Origin: an uncultured Verrucomicrobiota bacterium
GTDB lineage: Bacteria > Verrucomicrobiota > Verrucomicrobiia > Limisphaerales > UBA9464
NCBI GenBank assembly: GCA_903835555.1
Contig: CAILNN010000007.1
Span: 16,342-80,341, forward strand
Direction: 5' to 3'
DNA: 64,000 nucleotides
Position numbers and translations under genes: made by a program
In this document: positions 8,409-18,271 of the stretch, one piece after another
Position numbering within the stretch: the stretch's first letter is position 1
Layout of the letters: each line of letters begins with the position of its first letter
Notes under the pieces: model-generated
What the model saw: the letters and a program-made list of their open reading frames with translations, nothing else
Databases searched by the model: none
What the model was told of the DNA's origin: nothing

Positions 8409-11108
8409 ATGCCTTTTCTGACGCAAGCCCTGATCGCCGGTGTCATGCCACGAAATCGGAAATTTACCCTTTCGGTGTTGCTGCTGGCTTTCGTTCTGGC
8501 CGTTTGCTCTTTGACGATCGCGGCGAGGAGCGTGTTCTTGCTTCAGAACCTCTCCGAGACATTGGATGAAAAGGAAAACAGCGTCCGAGAAAACGCAGTC
8601 TGGTCGGCCTTTACCATCGAACGCGAGACGGGTGAACTGGAGCACGCCCTTAAGCTTTTCCGCCACAAAATACAAGGGACCACGGAATCCGATTTATCCC
8701 AACGCCTGGACATCCTACTCAGTAGCCATCCAAACCTGTTCGTGGCCAATCTAAAGGAACCGTTTAATTCTAACACTGAATACACCAACATGGTGGGTGG
8801 AGTGATTAGTCGGCTACATGATTTGGAAAACAAATATGGGAACACTTTTGAAAACGGTCCCGTTGACGAAGCGACGCTTCAATCCCTATCCACAGATGTA
8901 AGCGACCTCCGTGAAATGACCAAGGTCATGGCCAGTCTAACCAATGACATTCAGGAAGCAAAGAAGGCTCAAAATCGAAAAGAAACCCGGAAGCGCTTTT
9001 CGACTCTTATTTTCCAGATCACTGAAGTGGCAACACTCCTATGCATCGTGGTGGGACTTATGGCAAGGCAATTGTCGAAAACGCGCAAGACCAATGAGAA
9101 ACTCGAACAACTGAATATAAAGTTAGGGAACGCAAACACGCGTTCGGAAGAAGCCGCCGCCGAGGCACAAGCGGGATCGCGGGCCAAGACGGTATTTCTG
9201 GCGGTAATGAGTCATGAAATCCGAACTCCATTGAATGGGATTATCGGCAACGTGGACCTTTTGGAGGGGCCAAACCTCAATCGGGACCAGCGAGAATCCG
9301 TGGAAACTATTCGGGAATGCGGCACCTCGCTATTGGAATTGATTGACGATGTCCTTGATTTTACCAGGTTGGAGGCCGGTTTGATCAAGTTGGAAAATCG
9401 GCGTTTTGAATTGGGGACCGTCATTGAATCAGCCGTGGATATCGTCTCGTACAGAGCCAGGGCCAAGGGTTTGGGATTGATCGCACTCTATCCGAGAGCG
9501 CTTTTGGATGGAGATGAGGTGCGTATCCGTCAAATTTTGGTCAACCTGTGCGCCAATGCCATCAAGTTCACCGAGCACGGTGATGTGGTTATCTCGGTTC
9601 AACGCATCGCCGAGGAAGCGGGACGCGCATGGCTTCGTTTTGAAGTCCGAGATACGGGGATAGGGATTCCCAAGGATGCACAGTCAAAACTCTTTGAAGA
9701 ATTCAAGCAACTCGATGCCTCTATCAAGCGCAAGTATGGCGGGTCCGGCCTTGGTTTGGCGATATGCCGACGTCTCATCACGGCGATGGAGGGCAAGATT
9801 GGAGTTGAAAGCGATACCGGAAAGGGAAGCTGCTTCTGGTTTAGCCTGCCGATTGCAGAGGAAATTCCAGTCGCTCCGATAGACATAATATGGCCGACAG
9901 AAACGCTCAGACTTGCGACGATATCCCCGATGGCCGGTGAAGTGATGCGGCGCGAATGGGGTGAATCTCGAATGATACCGTATCGGGCGACTGACCAGAA
10001 CGCAGTGAATCCGTCAAGCGAATGGGCGATGATCGATGTCCGCAATCTTAGGAGTACCACAGTTTCGGGAATCGACCCAACCAGAATGCTGGTATATGGT
10101 TATGAGGCAGGAAAATACCATGAGGCAGCCGTGGTCGTGGACGGGCCCCTCACCACTCGCAGACTTCAGCAGGCTTTGGAGTCACCACAAAAAATGCGGC
10201 GAGAAGTGGAAGCCCAAATGCCTCGTGACCATCCTATGCTTCTTCGGGGGAAGGTTTTGTTGGTCGAGGACAACCTTGTCAATCAGACGGTGGCGACCAA
10301 GCTTCTCCGCAAACTAGGGCTGACTGTCGAAGTAACGGAGGACGGTGCGCAGGCAGTCGAGCGGCTTGAAAAAGGCGCAGTTGATCTCGTCATCATGGAC
10401 ATGCAGATGCCCGTAATGGATGGATTGGAAGCAACCCGGAGAATTCGGAAACTCCGTCCCGATCTGGCTTCGATTCCGATTGTTGGACTTACTGCCAATG
10501 CATTCGAATCCGATCGAGAGGATTGCTTGAATGCGGGTATGAATGACTTTTTTTCAAAACCGGTCAACCGCGAGATGCTGGAGGCGATGGTGGTGAAATG
10601 GTGTTCCAATAATCGTCTGTCTCGAGACGCAGGCGCAGAATTGGTAGGTGAGCCCGATCATTTTGAAAACGCGACCTGTTCATCGTTACAAACATTGCAT
10701 TTGAATGGCCGCGTCGTTCAGGCAGACCTAGCAGCGACTCAAGAGTCTAATCATTCCGATACACCGGCCAACTCAAATCCATTCGTAGACTGGAAGCGCC
10801 AACAATCGATTGCTGAAGACCTCGGACCGGAAATGGTCGTCGAATTGGTTGAACTCTTTTGGAAGGACTTCGAGCAATTGCTCGCCGAGCTAAAACAACC
10901 AACTGCCTTGTCGGATTCGGAGTCGACCCGGCGGGTTTTCCACACGATCAAGGGAACATCAGAGGCCGTGGGTTTCACGGCAATTCTTGAAGCGGCGTCG
11001 GCCACACGCGATACGTATTTGAAACTCGGTATACTTGACCTGACACCCCTACAAAATGCGAAAGCGGCTACGCGGCAGTTTTTGGAGCAGGTTGCGGCTT
11101 CGGGGTGA
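8409..11108 (+). CDS. hybrid sensor histidine kinase (2 TM, HisKA, HATPase, REC, Hpt)
   Basis: MSHEIRTPLNG, NLCANAIKFT, DTGIGI, GGSGLGLAI, VEDN...MDMQMP...KP, and Hpt FHTIKG. Confidence 0.95.
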   Translation: MPFLTQALIAGVMPRNRKFTLSVLLLAFVLAVCSLTIAARSVFLLQNLSETLDEKENSVRENAVWSAFTIERETGELEHALKLFRHKIQGTTESDLSQRLDILLSSHPNLFVANLKEPFNSNTEYTNMVGGVISRLHDLENKYGNTFENGPVDEATLQSLSTDVSDLREMTKVMASLTNDIQEAKKAQNRKETRKRFSTLIFQITEVATLLCIVVGLMARQLSKTRKTNEKLEQLNIKLGNANTRSEEAAAEAQAGSRAKTVFLAVMSHEIRTPLNGIIGNVDLLEGPNLNRDQRESVETIRECGTSLLELIDDVLDFTRLEAGLIKLENRRFELGTVIESAVDIVSYRARAKGLGLIALYPRALLDGDEVRIRQILVNLCANAIKFTEHGDVVISVQRIAEEAGRAWLRFEVRDTGIGIPKDAQSKLFEEFKQLDASIKRKYGGSGLGLAICRRLITAMEGKIGVESDTGKGSCFWFSLPIAEEIPVAPIDIIWPTETLRLATISPMAGEVMRREWGESRMIPYRATDQNAVNPSSEWAMIDVRNLRSTTVSGIDPTRMLVYGYEAGKYHEAAVVVDGPLTTRRLQQALESPQKMRREVEAQMPRDHPMLLRGKVLLVEDNLVNQTVATKLLRKLGLTVEVTEDGAQAVERLEKGAVDLVIMDMQMPVMDGLEATRRIRKLRPDLASIPIVGLTANAFESDREDCLNAGMNDFFSKPVNREMLEAMVVKWCSNNRLSRDAGAELVGEPDHFENATCSSLQTLHLNGRVVQADLAATQESNHSDTPANSNPFVDWKRQQSIAEDLGPEMVVELVELFWKDFEQLLAELKQPTALSDSESTRRVFHTIKGTSEAVGFTAILEAASATRDTYLKLGILDLTPLQNAKAATRQFLEQVAASG

Positions 11109-11110
11109 TG

Positions 11111-11842
11111 CTATTTTTTAACTTCCTTCATCAGCGCTTCCAATTGTTCGCCGGAAAGGGCTTTGAGGGCAGCCTTCAATTGATCCGGGGTCATTGCCGC
11201 ACTCGGGGCAGCCCCGCCACCGACCATGACCGGCATCTTCATTAAATCGTCGGGATTCCAGTATCCAGACTTAGCGGCGGTATCCTTGATCACGGTTGAG
11301 ACCATGTCCACAGACACCATCGGGGCTTTGTTACCCCAGGCGTTCCGGACATAGCTGAGGACATTGGCGATATCCTCCGGAGTCAGGCCGGCCGGATTAT
11401 CTGCGGTTTTGGCTTGGGCAGGCATCTGATTCTGCCCCCAAGCAGTGCCGTTCACTTTAACGGGACCTTCGAGTCCATGAAGGACGATGCGGATAATTCG
11501 GCTGGGACCTTCGGTGGTTACCCAATCCGAACCAGCCAAAGGAGGAATCCCACCACCGGGGTTGCCGTTCCCATCGGCTTGGTGGCAAGCAATACAAACG
11601 GCGGCGTAGACTTTGGCTCCCTTCTTGATGGTTTCGGCGTTGGGGTCCAAGGCAGCAACCACTGGTTTAGCCGGACGGCCATGGGGAATTTCGCTAAATT
11701 CGTCCGAATCAAAACGGCCACTGTATTTCCCAACGTAGAGACCGCCCCAAATCAACAGCGAGGCACTGCCAATCAAGAGCGACAGATTCAATGAACCGAA
11801 ACCGGGGCTACCGATCTTGGGGGTAGAGGAAAAAATCTTCAT
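11111..11842 (-). CDS. membrane-anchored monoheme cytochrome c
   Basis: N-terminal TM, CIACH, PPLAGSDWV, QMP, VLSYVRNAWGN. Confidence 0.9.
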   Translation of the reverse strand: MKIFSSTPKIGSPGFGSLNLSLLIGSASLLIWGGLYVGKYSGRFDSDEFSEIPHGRPAKPVVAALDPNAETIKKGAKVYAAVCIACHQADGNGNPGGGIPPLAGSDWVTTEGPSRIIRIVLHGLEGPVKVNGTAWGQNQMPAQAKTADNPAGLTPEDIANVLSYVRNAWGNKAPMVSVDMVSTVIKDTAAKSGYWNPDDLMKMPVMVGGGAAPSAAMTPDQLKAALKALSGEQLEALMKEVKK

Positions 11843-12492
11843 TTGGATGCCTCCTCGGAGGGAACGGGAAGCAATGCTTCCGGAACTTCAACCGATGTAT
11901 GGAGGCTCTTGAGATAGGCCGCCAATTGATAGGCGGCCAAAGTTGGCACCACTTCTTCACCCACAGCAGGAGCAGCGGTGCCTTTCAGAACCAAAGCCTC
12001 CGCAGATGGACCGGAAATACGAACCGAGCGATGATCAAAGAGGAAAGGAAGCGGGGGACAGATGGTATTGGAGACCACGAGTTGCGGATTGAAAAGTCGG
12101 GTCAATGGGAATGCATTGGTACCCAAGCGTTCACCGTAGTTGGCCAAGTCCGGGCCCAAGCGATTATCACCCATCTGAACGGGCTCATCGTAGATATAAT
12201 CCCGTGCTACGGAGCGTCGACGCCCCCAACCTCTCGCGATATCGTTTCCGCCGTCCACTGGTCTAACCTGCTGAGTATGACAAGCGACACAACCGAGGGA
12301 GACATAGACCTGACGGCCTTGGGCGGCCTCACCGCTGCGAGCAGTCGGATACTGATAGGCCATCCCGGCATCATTAGTGCCGAGGTAGATCGGCAGATTG
12401 GATAGCTGGCGCTGAGGGTAGGCCACCATCCCCCACCATGACGCCGAAAACGCGGTCAAGACTCCGCAGAAAAGCAAGGCTCCGTGTTTCAT
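11839..12492 (-). CDS. cbb3-type oxidase subunit II-like (CcoO-like) cytochrome c
   Basis: GRQVYVSLGCVACHTQQVRP, GDNRLGPDLANYG, AYLKSL. Confidence 0.85.
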   Translation of the reverse strand: MKHGALLFCGVLTAFSASWWGMVAYPQRQLSNLPIYLGTNDAGMAYQYPTARSGEAAQGRQVYVSLGCVACHTQQVRPVDGGNDIARGWGRRRSVARDYIYDEPVQMGDNRLGPDLANYGERLGTNAFPLTRLFNPQLVVSNTICPPLPFLFDHRSVRISGPSAEALVLKGTAAPAVGEEVVPTLAAYQLAAYLKSLHTSVEVPEALLPVPSEEASK

Positions 12493-12494
12493 CG

Positions 12495-13931
12495 TTACTT
12501 ATTATGCACGGCGGCGGTTTGATTTGGAGCCAAAACCCAGTCGAGAACTGGCTTTCCAAACGGAATTAGGAAATAACCAACAGCCACCAAAAGATTCGCC
12601 AAAAGGGCAAATTGGGAGCCAAGGAAGACAAGCAGGCCAAAAGCATGCAACCCGAGCCATGGCTTGAGGTTCTGAACGACCGTGACAATGGGCGTTTGGG
12701 AATTTAGTTCCCAACCCTGGCACCAACCGCCTACAAGAAGTGGAATCACGACAATGCCTACCCCGAAAATCGAGCCCGCCACGTGTAAGAACGAGAGGAT
12801 GGGAAACGGCAGCTTCCGTCCCAATAAGCGAGGAACCGCCACATAAATACCTGCAAACAGGGCCAAAGCAATAAAACCGAAGAAGGTCAATTGCTGCAAA
12901 CCGGTGAAAAACTCGGTATGCTGAAGAACTTCACGGGCGCAACGAAAACTAGTCAAAGCGGTCGCCAAGCCGGAAATCGTGAACGAGATTCCACTGAAGG
13001 TGGCCAAGAATAGCCCTGGAGAAGAAAGTAGAACACGAAGTTGAGGCGAGGTATGGAGACTGAGGCTGATGTGCACCGTCGGGATGATCAACAAAACCCC
13101 GGATGCCACAGCCAAGGTAGGTATCCATGCGGGAACTGGGCCGCCGACGAGTGAACTCCCAGCAGTCCAGCCAGATAGAATCAGCCAGGTCCAGAAGCCG
13201 ATAGCTTCATAAAAAGGTTGCCGCGACGCCCGACCGGACAATTCTGGAAGAATGGAGTATAACCCACCCAAAGCAATTGGCGTCAACCAGCCCAGGAGAA
13301 TTGCTTGTCCGTACCAACCCGCAATGATCGCCTGCAACACCCCGCGAACCGGCCAGTAAACAAGAGTCACTTCACCGGTAGCGAACGCCCAAGGAAACCA
13401 AAAGAGTGCCACCAGCAGGTAGGCTTGCGCCGTTGAAAAGCGCTTCTGGCTACGGCGGAAAAACAGCAGCGTACCGATGACTGCGAGTGTGATGTAGGAC
13501 AGGAATAGGAGAGGGACAACTTCCTTGGGAAGTTCCAACCAGCGATAGGCAACGCCTTGGCCGACCAAAATTCCGGGAACCCCAAACGTCAATGCCACGT
13601 TCCAACTAGCCACAGCGATAATGGCCAACCCACCAGCAGGCAGCGGACGTTCACCCAAGCGGGCCAAAAGCCAGAGGGTCAATGCCATGCCTGCCTGACC
13701 GGCAAAACCGTAAATCAAGGATGCATTGGCAGCGCCCTGAACCCGTCCTATGGACAAGAAGGCAAATTCGGCACCGAGGGTAGGGAATTGTAGTTTGACA
13801 GCGGCCACGAGGCTGAACACCAATCCAACCAGCAACCAAAGCAACCCGCTGCCGAAGAGATACAGGACGGGGCCTGCCGATCGAAGTTCGGAAGTGTCGC
13901 CGCGAACAGAAAATGAAGGACTAGACGACAT
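12495..13931 (-). CDS. cbb3-type oxidase subunit I-like (CcoN-like) membrane protein lacking His ligands
   Basis: About 12 TM segments. CcoN-like landmarks (AAVKLQFP, SIGRV, WLELP, WYG, PVPAW, HTEF), but His ligand positions read A, Q, SS and L/Q. Confidence 0.75.
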   Translation of the reverse strand: MSSSPSFSVRGDTSELRSAGPVLYLFGSGLLWLLVGLVFSLVAAVKLQFPTLGAEFAFLSIGRVQGAANASLIYGFAGQAGMALTLWLLARLGERPLPAGGLAIIAVASWNVALTFGVPGILVGQGVAYRWLELPKEVVPLLFLSYITLAVIGTLLFFRRSQKRFSTAQAYLLVALFWFPWAFATGEVTLVYWPVRGVLQAIIAGWYGQAILLGWLTPIALGGLYSILPELSGRASRQPFYEAIGFWTWLILSGWTAGSSLVGGPVPAWIPTLAVASGVLLIIPTVHISLSLHTSPQLRVLLSSPGLFLATFSGISFTISGLATALTSFRCAREVLQHTEFFTGLQQLTFFGFIALALFAGIYVAVPRLLGRKLPFPILSFLHVAGSIFGVGIVVIPLLVGGWCQGWELNSQTPIVTVVQNLKPWLGLHAFGLLVFLGSQFALLANLLVAVGYFLIPFGKPVLDWVLAPNQTAAVHNK

Positions 13932-13938
13932 CCCAATC

Positions 13939-14301
13939 CTATTCGTAGGTCACTGCTTTGGTGGAATTTTCCAAACGCTTGAGAAGTTTGGCGCGAGCCT
14001 CCGAGTTGCCCTCCCGGGCTTCATTGGCAAACACTTCCAAGGCACGGGAAACGGGAAGCCGATAGACGCCGTTGTCGGCTTTCAGCACGGCGTAGTGGGT
14101 TAACGCGTCAGCATTCTGAGCTTGAAGCTCAGTCCAAAGTTTCTTCCGTTCCTCCGCCCGCGCCGTCCCAAGAGGAGTCGGTTGACCGGAGTTGACGAGG
14201 TACAAGGCAAGAAGCCCAACGACCAGAAGCGAACCGAGACCACCCAGCACCCAAGCGATGGAGGCTGAAAGGGCTTCGGAACGTGGAGTGCGATCATTCA
14301 T
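13939..14301 (-). CDS. small single-TM ACIII-associated protein (possibly ActG-like)
   Basis: One TM. C-terminal YAVLKADNGVYRLPVSRAL. Directly follows actF. Confidence 0.55.
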   Translation of the reverse strand: MNDRTPRSEALSASIAWVLGGLGSLLVVGLLALYLVNSGQPTPLGTARAEERKKLWTELQAQNADALTHYAVLKADNGVYRLPVSRALEVFANEAREGNSEARAKLLKRLENSTKAVTYE

Positions 14302-14322
14302 AAGCACTTGAAAGAAGCTCAG

Positions 14323-15606
14323 TTAATGAGAAGCAGGACCCGCAGAGGTTTCCGGCACGGGATGATAGGTGAGGGCTTCCTTGAGACGCGGATGGCGAAG
14401 GGGATAAGGAGGAAAGGAGCGGAAACTCTTCCACCACGCGAATCCGAGCAGAAAAGCCATCCCTCCCCAGCAAATTGGGTCAAATATCGTGACATGAAGG
14501 CCTTTGGGATAAAGAACCGGCATGACATTGAAGGTCATGTCGACGTAATGCATGAGCCATGCCCAGATTACAATGGGCCCCATGACCGTCATGCTTTGTT
14601 TGGCGTCGATTCTCAGGAGAAGGAGGAATGGAACAAAGAAATGGCCGAAAAGGATCAATAGACCGACATCCCACCAACTGCCTTCCTCACGCTTCACATA
14701 CCAAAAGGTCTCTTCTGGAATCGCGGCGTTCCAAATCAGGAAGTACTGGGAGAAGTGGATGTAGGCGTAGAAGACGGTAAAGGCGAAGAACAAGACACCG
14801 GAATCGTGGATATGACGCTTGGCGACAATGCCCTTGAGTTCCCGAGTTTGGAGCCATCGGGCAATGGCATAAATGGTGGCAAGAGTCACCCAGAAACTTC
14901 CAGCAAAGTAGTAAACACCATACATGGTGCTGAAGAACTGATGCATCAGCGATTTCATCAGGAGGAAGCAGGCGAGTGTCAGGGTGACGGCGAAGGCGTA
15001 AATGCCCCATGCAGCAAGAAAGCGTGCCTTTTGAGTCCAAATCGCCTTGCCATCTTTGTCCTGAGCCAGAGAGAAGCGTCGGAAGGTATGGGACATCCAG
15101 CCCCAAAACAGGAGAATCACAACCAAGAGCAGGTTGAATGAGTAGGAATTAAACAGAATCCGTTTCACCCCAAGAGCATGGTCGAGATTTGGGTCCAAGC
15201 TCATCCATGGATAGATGGACTTTTGCAGAGCCAATATCGGAAGCAGCAAGACCAACATCCAGGGAAAAAACAAGCATGCCATGTTTTCGGCAATCCGTAG
15301 CATTGGGACACTCCAAGCCGCATCAAATAGGTGGTGAATGATCAGGTAGAAAAGAGCTCCGACACACAGGCTCAAGCAGAACATGTAGGCGGTGAGGTAG
15401 CTATAGCCGATCTGAGCGACCAGGGTCGGTTCCACGGCTTCTTCTGATTCGCCATGACCAGCGGCGGCAACCTCCGCGCTTTGGAAAGTGGCGGTATTCG
15501 TTTCAGCCTTAGCTTCAGCGGCCAAGACTGAACGGGCGGAGGTAATCAAAATTCCGGCACAGGCCAACAGCACCCAGCAACGTTTAATGAAAGAGGTAAG
15601 GTTCAT
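14323..15606 (-). CDS. actF: alternative complex III subunit ActF
   Basis: Multi-TM. HHLFDAAWS, FFSTMYGVYYF, YIHFSQYFLIWNAAIPEETFWY, GHFFVPFLLLL. Confidence 0.88.
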   Translation of the reverse strand: MNLTSFIKRCWVLLACAGILITSARSVLAAEAKAETNTATFQSAEVAAAGHGESEEAVEPTLVAQIGYSYLTAYMFCLSLCVGALFYLIIHHLFDAAWSVPMLRIAENMACLFFPWMLVLLLPILALQKSIYPWMSLDPNLDHALGVKRILFNSYSFNLLLVVILLFWGWMSHTFRRFSLAQDKDGKAIWTQKARFLAAWGIYAFAVTLTLACFLLMKSLMHQFFSTMYGVYYFAGSFWVTLATIYAIARWLQTRELKGIVAKRHIHDSGVLFFAFTVFYAYIHFSQYFLIWNAAIPEETFWYVKREEGSWWDVGLLILFGHFFVPFLLLLRIDAKQSMTVMGPIVIWAWLMHYVDMTFNVMPVLYPKGLHVTIFDPICWGGMAFLLGFAWWKSFRSFPPYPLRHPRLKEALTYHPVPETSAGPASH

Positions 15607-15612
15607 GGCCGG

Positions 15613-16260
15613 TTATTTGAGTTTCTCGAGAACGGGTGCAGGCACATCGTCTTTGCTGCCCAAGCGGCTTAATTGAATAGCGCGCAAATAGGCGACTATG
15701 GCCCATCGATCGGGAACGGGAACATTGCCGCCGTATCCCATCATGGTGTTCTTCCCGTAGGTGATGGTATTGAAGATTTCCCCGTCATTCATCTTGATGA
15801 TGCGTGGGTCGTGAAGATTGGCGACGGTGGACATGCCGAGCTTCTTGGTAATTCCATTGCCGTCTGCCTGAGCACCGTGACAGGGCTGGCAATAAATTAA
15901 GTAACGGTCCTGTCCGCGTTTGAGCAACTCGGAAGTAATGGGAACCGGGTTTACCTCGACGAAATTGTTAGGGATATCGCCCTTGGAAAAATCGCGTCCG
16001 GTGTTGAACGGATCATTTTTCCAGGTGGTATTATCCTGATATCCAACTTGTTGAGCCACGGTGCCAGCGGGAAAAGGACGGGATGAAACACCATCGGCAA
16101 ATCCCGGGAACGTGCTGTCCGTTTGCGGCCTCAGTTTGGCTTGGTTCTTCATGTCATTGAAGACCTGCAGCGGCGTCCGAGTGGAATACCCGCCACGGAA
16201 GCCGGTGATACCAAGCGTGGCCGCTATCGACAGGAAGAAGAAGAGAAAGAAGTAGCGCAT
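15613..16260 (-). CDS. actE: alternative complex III monoheme subunit ActE
   Basis: DMKNQAKLRPQ, RGQDRYLIYCQPCHG, MMGYG, DRWAIVAYLRAIQ. Confidence 0.88.
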   Translation of the reverse strand: MRYFFLFFFLSIAATLGITGFRGGYSTRTPLQVFNDMKNQAKLRPQTDSTFPGFADGVSSRPFPAGTVAQQVGYQDNTTWKNDPFNTGRDFSKGDIPNNFVEVNPVPITSELLKRGQDRYLIYCQPCHGAQADGNGITKKLGMSTVANLHDPRIIKMNDGEIFNTITYGKNTMMGYGGNVPVPDRWAIVAYLRAIQLSRLGSKDDVPAPVLEKLK

Positions 16261-16793
16261 TAGTCCTCCACAAGTTCAATTGCCTTGGCTCCAGCCGACT
16301 CCAGCAGCGCGCGCGCATCGGAGAATTTAGCATCCCGGGCCTCGATGCAGAGAAAGAAACGGTCGTCCGAGGCACGTTTGAACCGTTCGCTGTTAAACAG
16401 CGGGTGATGAAGACGGGGAAGTTGATTTAAGGCAAACATGCCGAAAATCGTTCCAAAAGCTCCCAACAGAATGGTCAGTTCATAACTGACCGGGAAGGCG
16501 AAGAGTGGGGTAAACAACGGTTTGCCACCGACGACCAACGGGTATTCAAAACCGTTCATGTACCAGATCATGGTCATGCCGGTGAAGAATCCGGTGAAGC
16601 CGCCGATGAAGGTGAACCAACCGACGGGCGAATTTTTCAGCCCCATGGCATCGTCCATGCCGTGAATGGGAAATGGGGTGAAGACATCCCAACGACGGTA
16701 ACCAGCATCTCGAACGCGGATCGCGGCTTCGAAGATATCGGCCGCTGTGTCGAATTCGGCCAGCAGTCCGTAGGGTTTAGGAGTAGAGCTCAT
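16260..16793 (-). CDS. actD: alternative complex III subunit ActD (DUF3341)
   Basis: GLLAEF, DVFTPFPIHG, YPLVVGGKP, FPVSYELTIL. Confidence 0.92.
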   Translation of the reverse strand: MSSTPKPYGLLAEFDTAADIFEAAIRVRDAGYRRWDVFTPFPIHGMDDAMGLKNSPVGWFTFIGGFTGFFTGMTMIWYMNGFEYPLVVGGKPLFTPLFAFPVSYELTILLGAFGTIFGMFALNQLPRLHHPLFNSERFKRASDDRFFLCIEARDAKFSDARALLESAGAKAIELVED

Positions 16794-18271
16794 TAGTGAT
16801 GGGCTTCCTTGGCACCACCGAGAGGATGATGCGGGTCAGCTTGCGGGGTTACGCCCTTGACTTCGCTGATGGCGATGACGGGCAGGAAGCGGATAAACAG
16901 CAGGAACAAGGTCATGAACTGGCCAAAGCTTCCAACGAAAGTGAACACATCGACCCAGGTCGGGGTGAAATACCCCCAACTTGCGGGAAGGTAGTCGCGG
17001 TGAAGCGAGGTGACGATGATGACGAATCGTTCGAACCACATGCCGATGTTCACGACAATGGATACCAACCAAACGAACCACATGGTCTTGCGGCACCATT
17101 TGAACCAGAACAAGTGCGGGCTGATCACGTTGCAGGTGATCATGCTCCAGTAGGCCCACCAATAGGGACCGAAGGCGCGGTTTTTGAAAGCGTAGAGTTC
17201 GTAGGGGCTGCCGCCATACCAAGCGATGAAGAACTCCATCCCGTAGGCGTACCCGACCATGGAACCGGTGGCCAAGATGACTTTGCACATGAGGCCGACA
17301 TGGCGCTCGGTGATGACGTCTTCCAGCTTAAAGATCGTCCGCATCGGGATCATGAGGGTCAGCACCATGCCGAATCCCGAGAAGATGGCCCCGGCGACGA
17401 AGTAGGGCGGGAAGATGGTCGTATGCCAACCAGGAACCACCGAGACGGCGAAGTCAAAGGACACGATGGAGTGTACCGACAACACCAGTGGGGTGCTGAT
17501 ACCGGCGAGGATTAAATAGGCCTTTTCATAGTTCCGCCAGTGCCGGTTCGAACCGCGCCAGCCCAGCGCGAAAATTCCGTAAGCGATGGCTCGGATGCGA
17601 TTGGAGGCGCGGTCACGCAAGGTGGCGAGGTCGGGGATCAAACCAACGTACCAGAACAAAAGCGAAACCGTCCCATAGGTCGATACGGCAAACACGTCCC
17701 AGAGGAGCGGCGACCGGAACTGCGGCCAAATCATGTTCGAGTTTGGAATCGGGGCCAGAAAGAGGGGCGCATACCAGATACGTCCGACGTGAATAACCGG
17801 GAAGATGCCAGCGCAAGCGACGGCAAACAGGGTCATCGCTTCAGCGGCGCGGTTAATGCTGGTACGCCACTTTTGGCGAAGAAGGAACAAAACGGCTGAG
17901 ATCAAGGTTCCGGCGTGGCCGATACCGATCCAAAACACGAAGTTGGTGATGTCCCAAGCCCAAGCAACGGGATTGTTTAGTCCCCAAACGCCGACGCCAG
18001 TTGCAACCAGATAAGCGATCAGGGCATACATCAAACCCATCAAGCCGGCACTGCCGATGAAGGCGGGAAGCCACCAAGCCGGCATCGGGTTTTCGCAAAT
18101 GCCCGCAATTTTATTGGTGATCCAGCCGAGAGAACGATTGTTCAGTACCAACGGCGGATTAACCAACGCGGCAGGTGGGTCTTCAAGAACCACCGTCTTC
18201 GCCGGTGGGTGAGAATGGGCATGTCCAGTGGCGGCCTGGGCCGACAACGGGACGCTAGCGCTCTTGGCCAT
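16793..18271 (-). CDS. actC: alternative complex III quinol-binding subunit ActC (NrfD/PsrC family)
   Basis: [63 protein letters not shown]. Confidence 0.95.
   Translation of the reverse strand: MAKSASVPLSAQAATGHAHSHPPAKTVVLEDPPAALVNPPLVLNNRSLGWITNKIAGICENPMPAWWLPAFIGSAGLMGLMYALIAYLVATGVGVWGLNNPVAWAWDITNFVFWIGIGHAGTLISAVLFLLRQKWRTSINRAAEAMTLFAVACAGIFPVIHVGRIWYAPLFLAPIPNSNMIWPQFRSPLLWDVFAVSTYGTVSLLFWYVGLIPDLATLRDRASNRIRAIAYGIFALGWRGSNRHWRNYEKAYLILAGISTPLVLSVHSIVSFDFAVSVVPGWHTTIFPPYFVAGAIFSGFGMVLTLMIPMRTIFKLEDVITERHVGLMCKVILATGSMVGYAYGMEFFIAWYGGSPYELYAFKNRAFGPYWWAYWSMITCNVISPHLFWFKWCRKTMWFVWLVSIVVNIGMWFERFVIIVTSLHRDYLPASWGYFTPTWVDVFTFVGSFGQFMTLFLLFIRFLPVIAISEVKGVTPQADPHHPLGGAKEAHH

Noticed and set aside
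12495..13931. Calling a functional cbb3 oxidase (ccoN), or calling it a pseudogene
   Set aside because: The metal ligands are absent, yet the frame is intact and full length.
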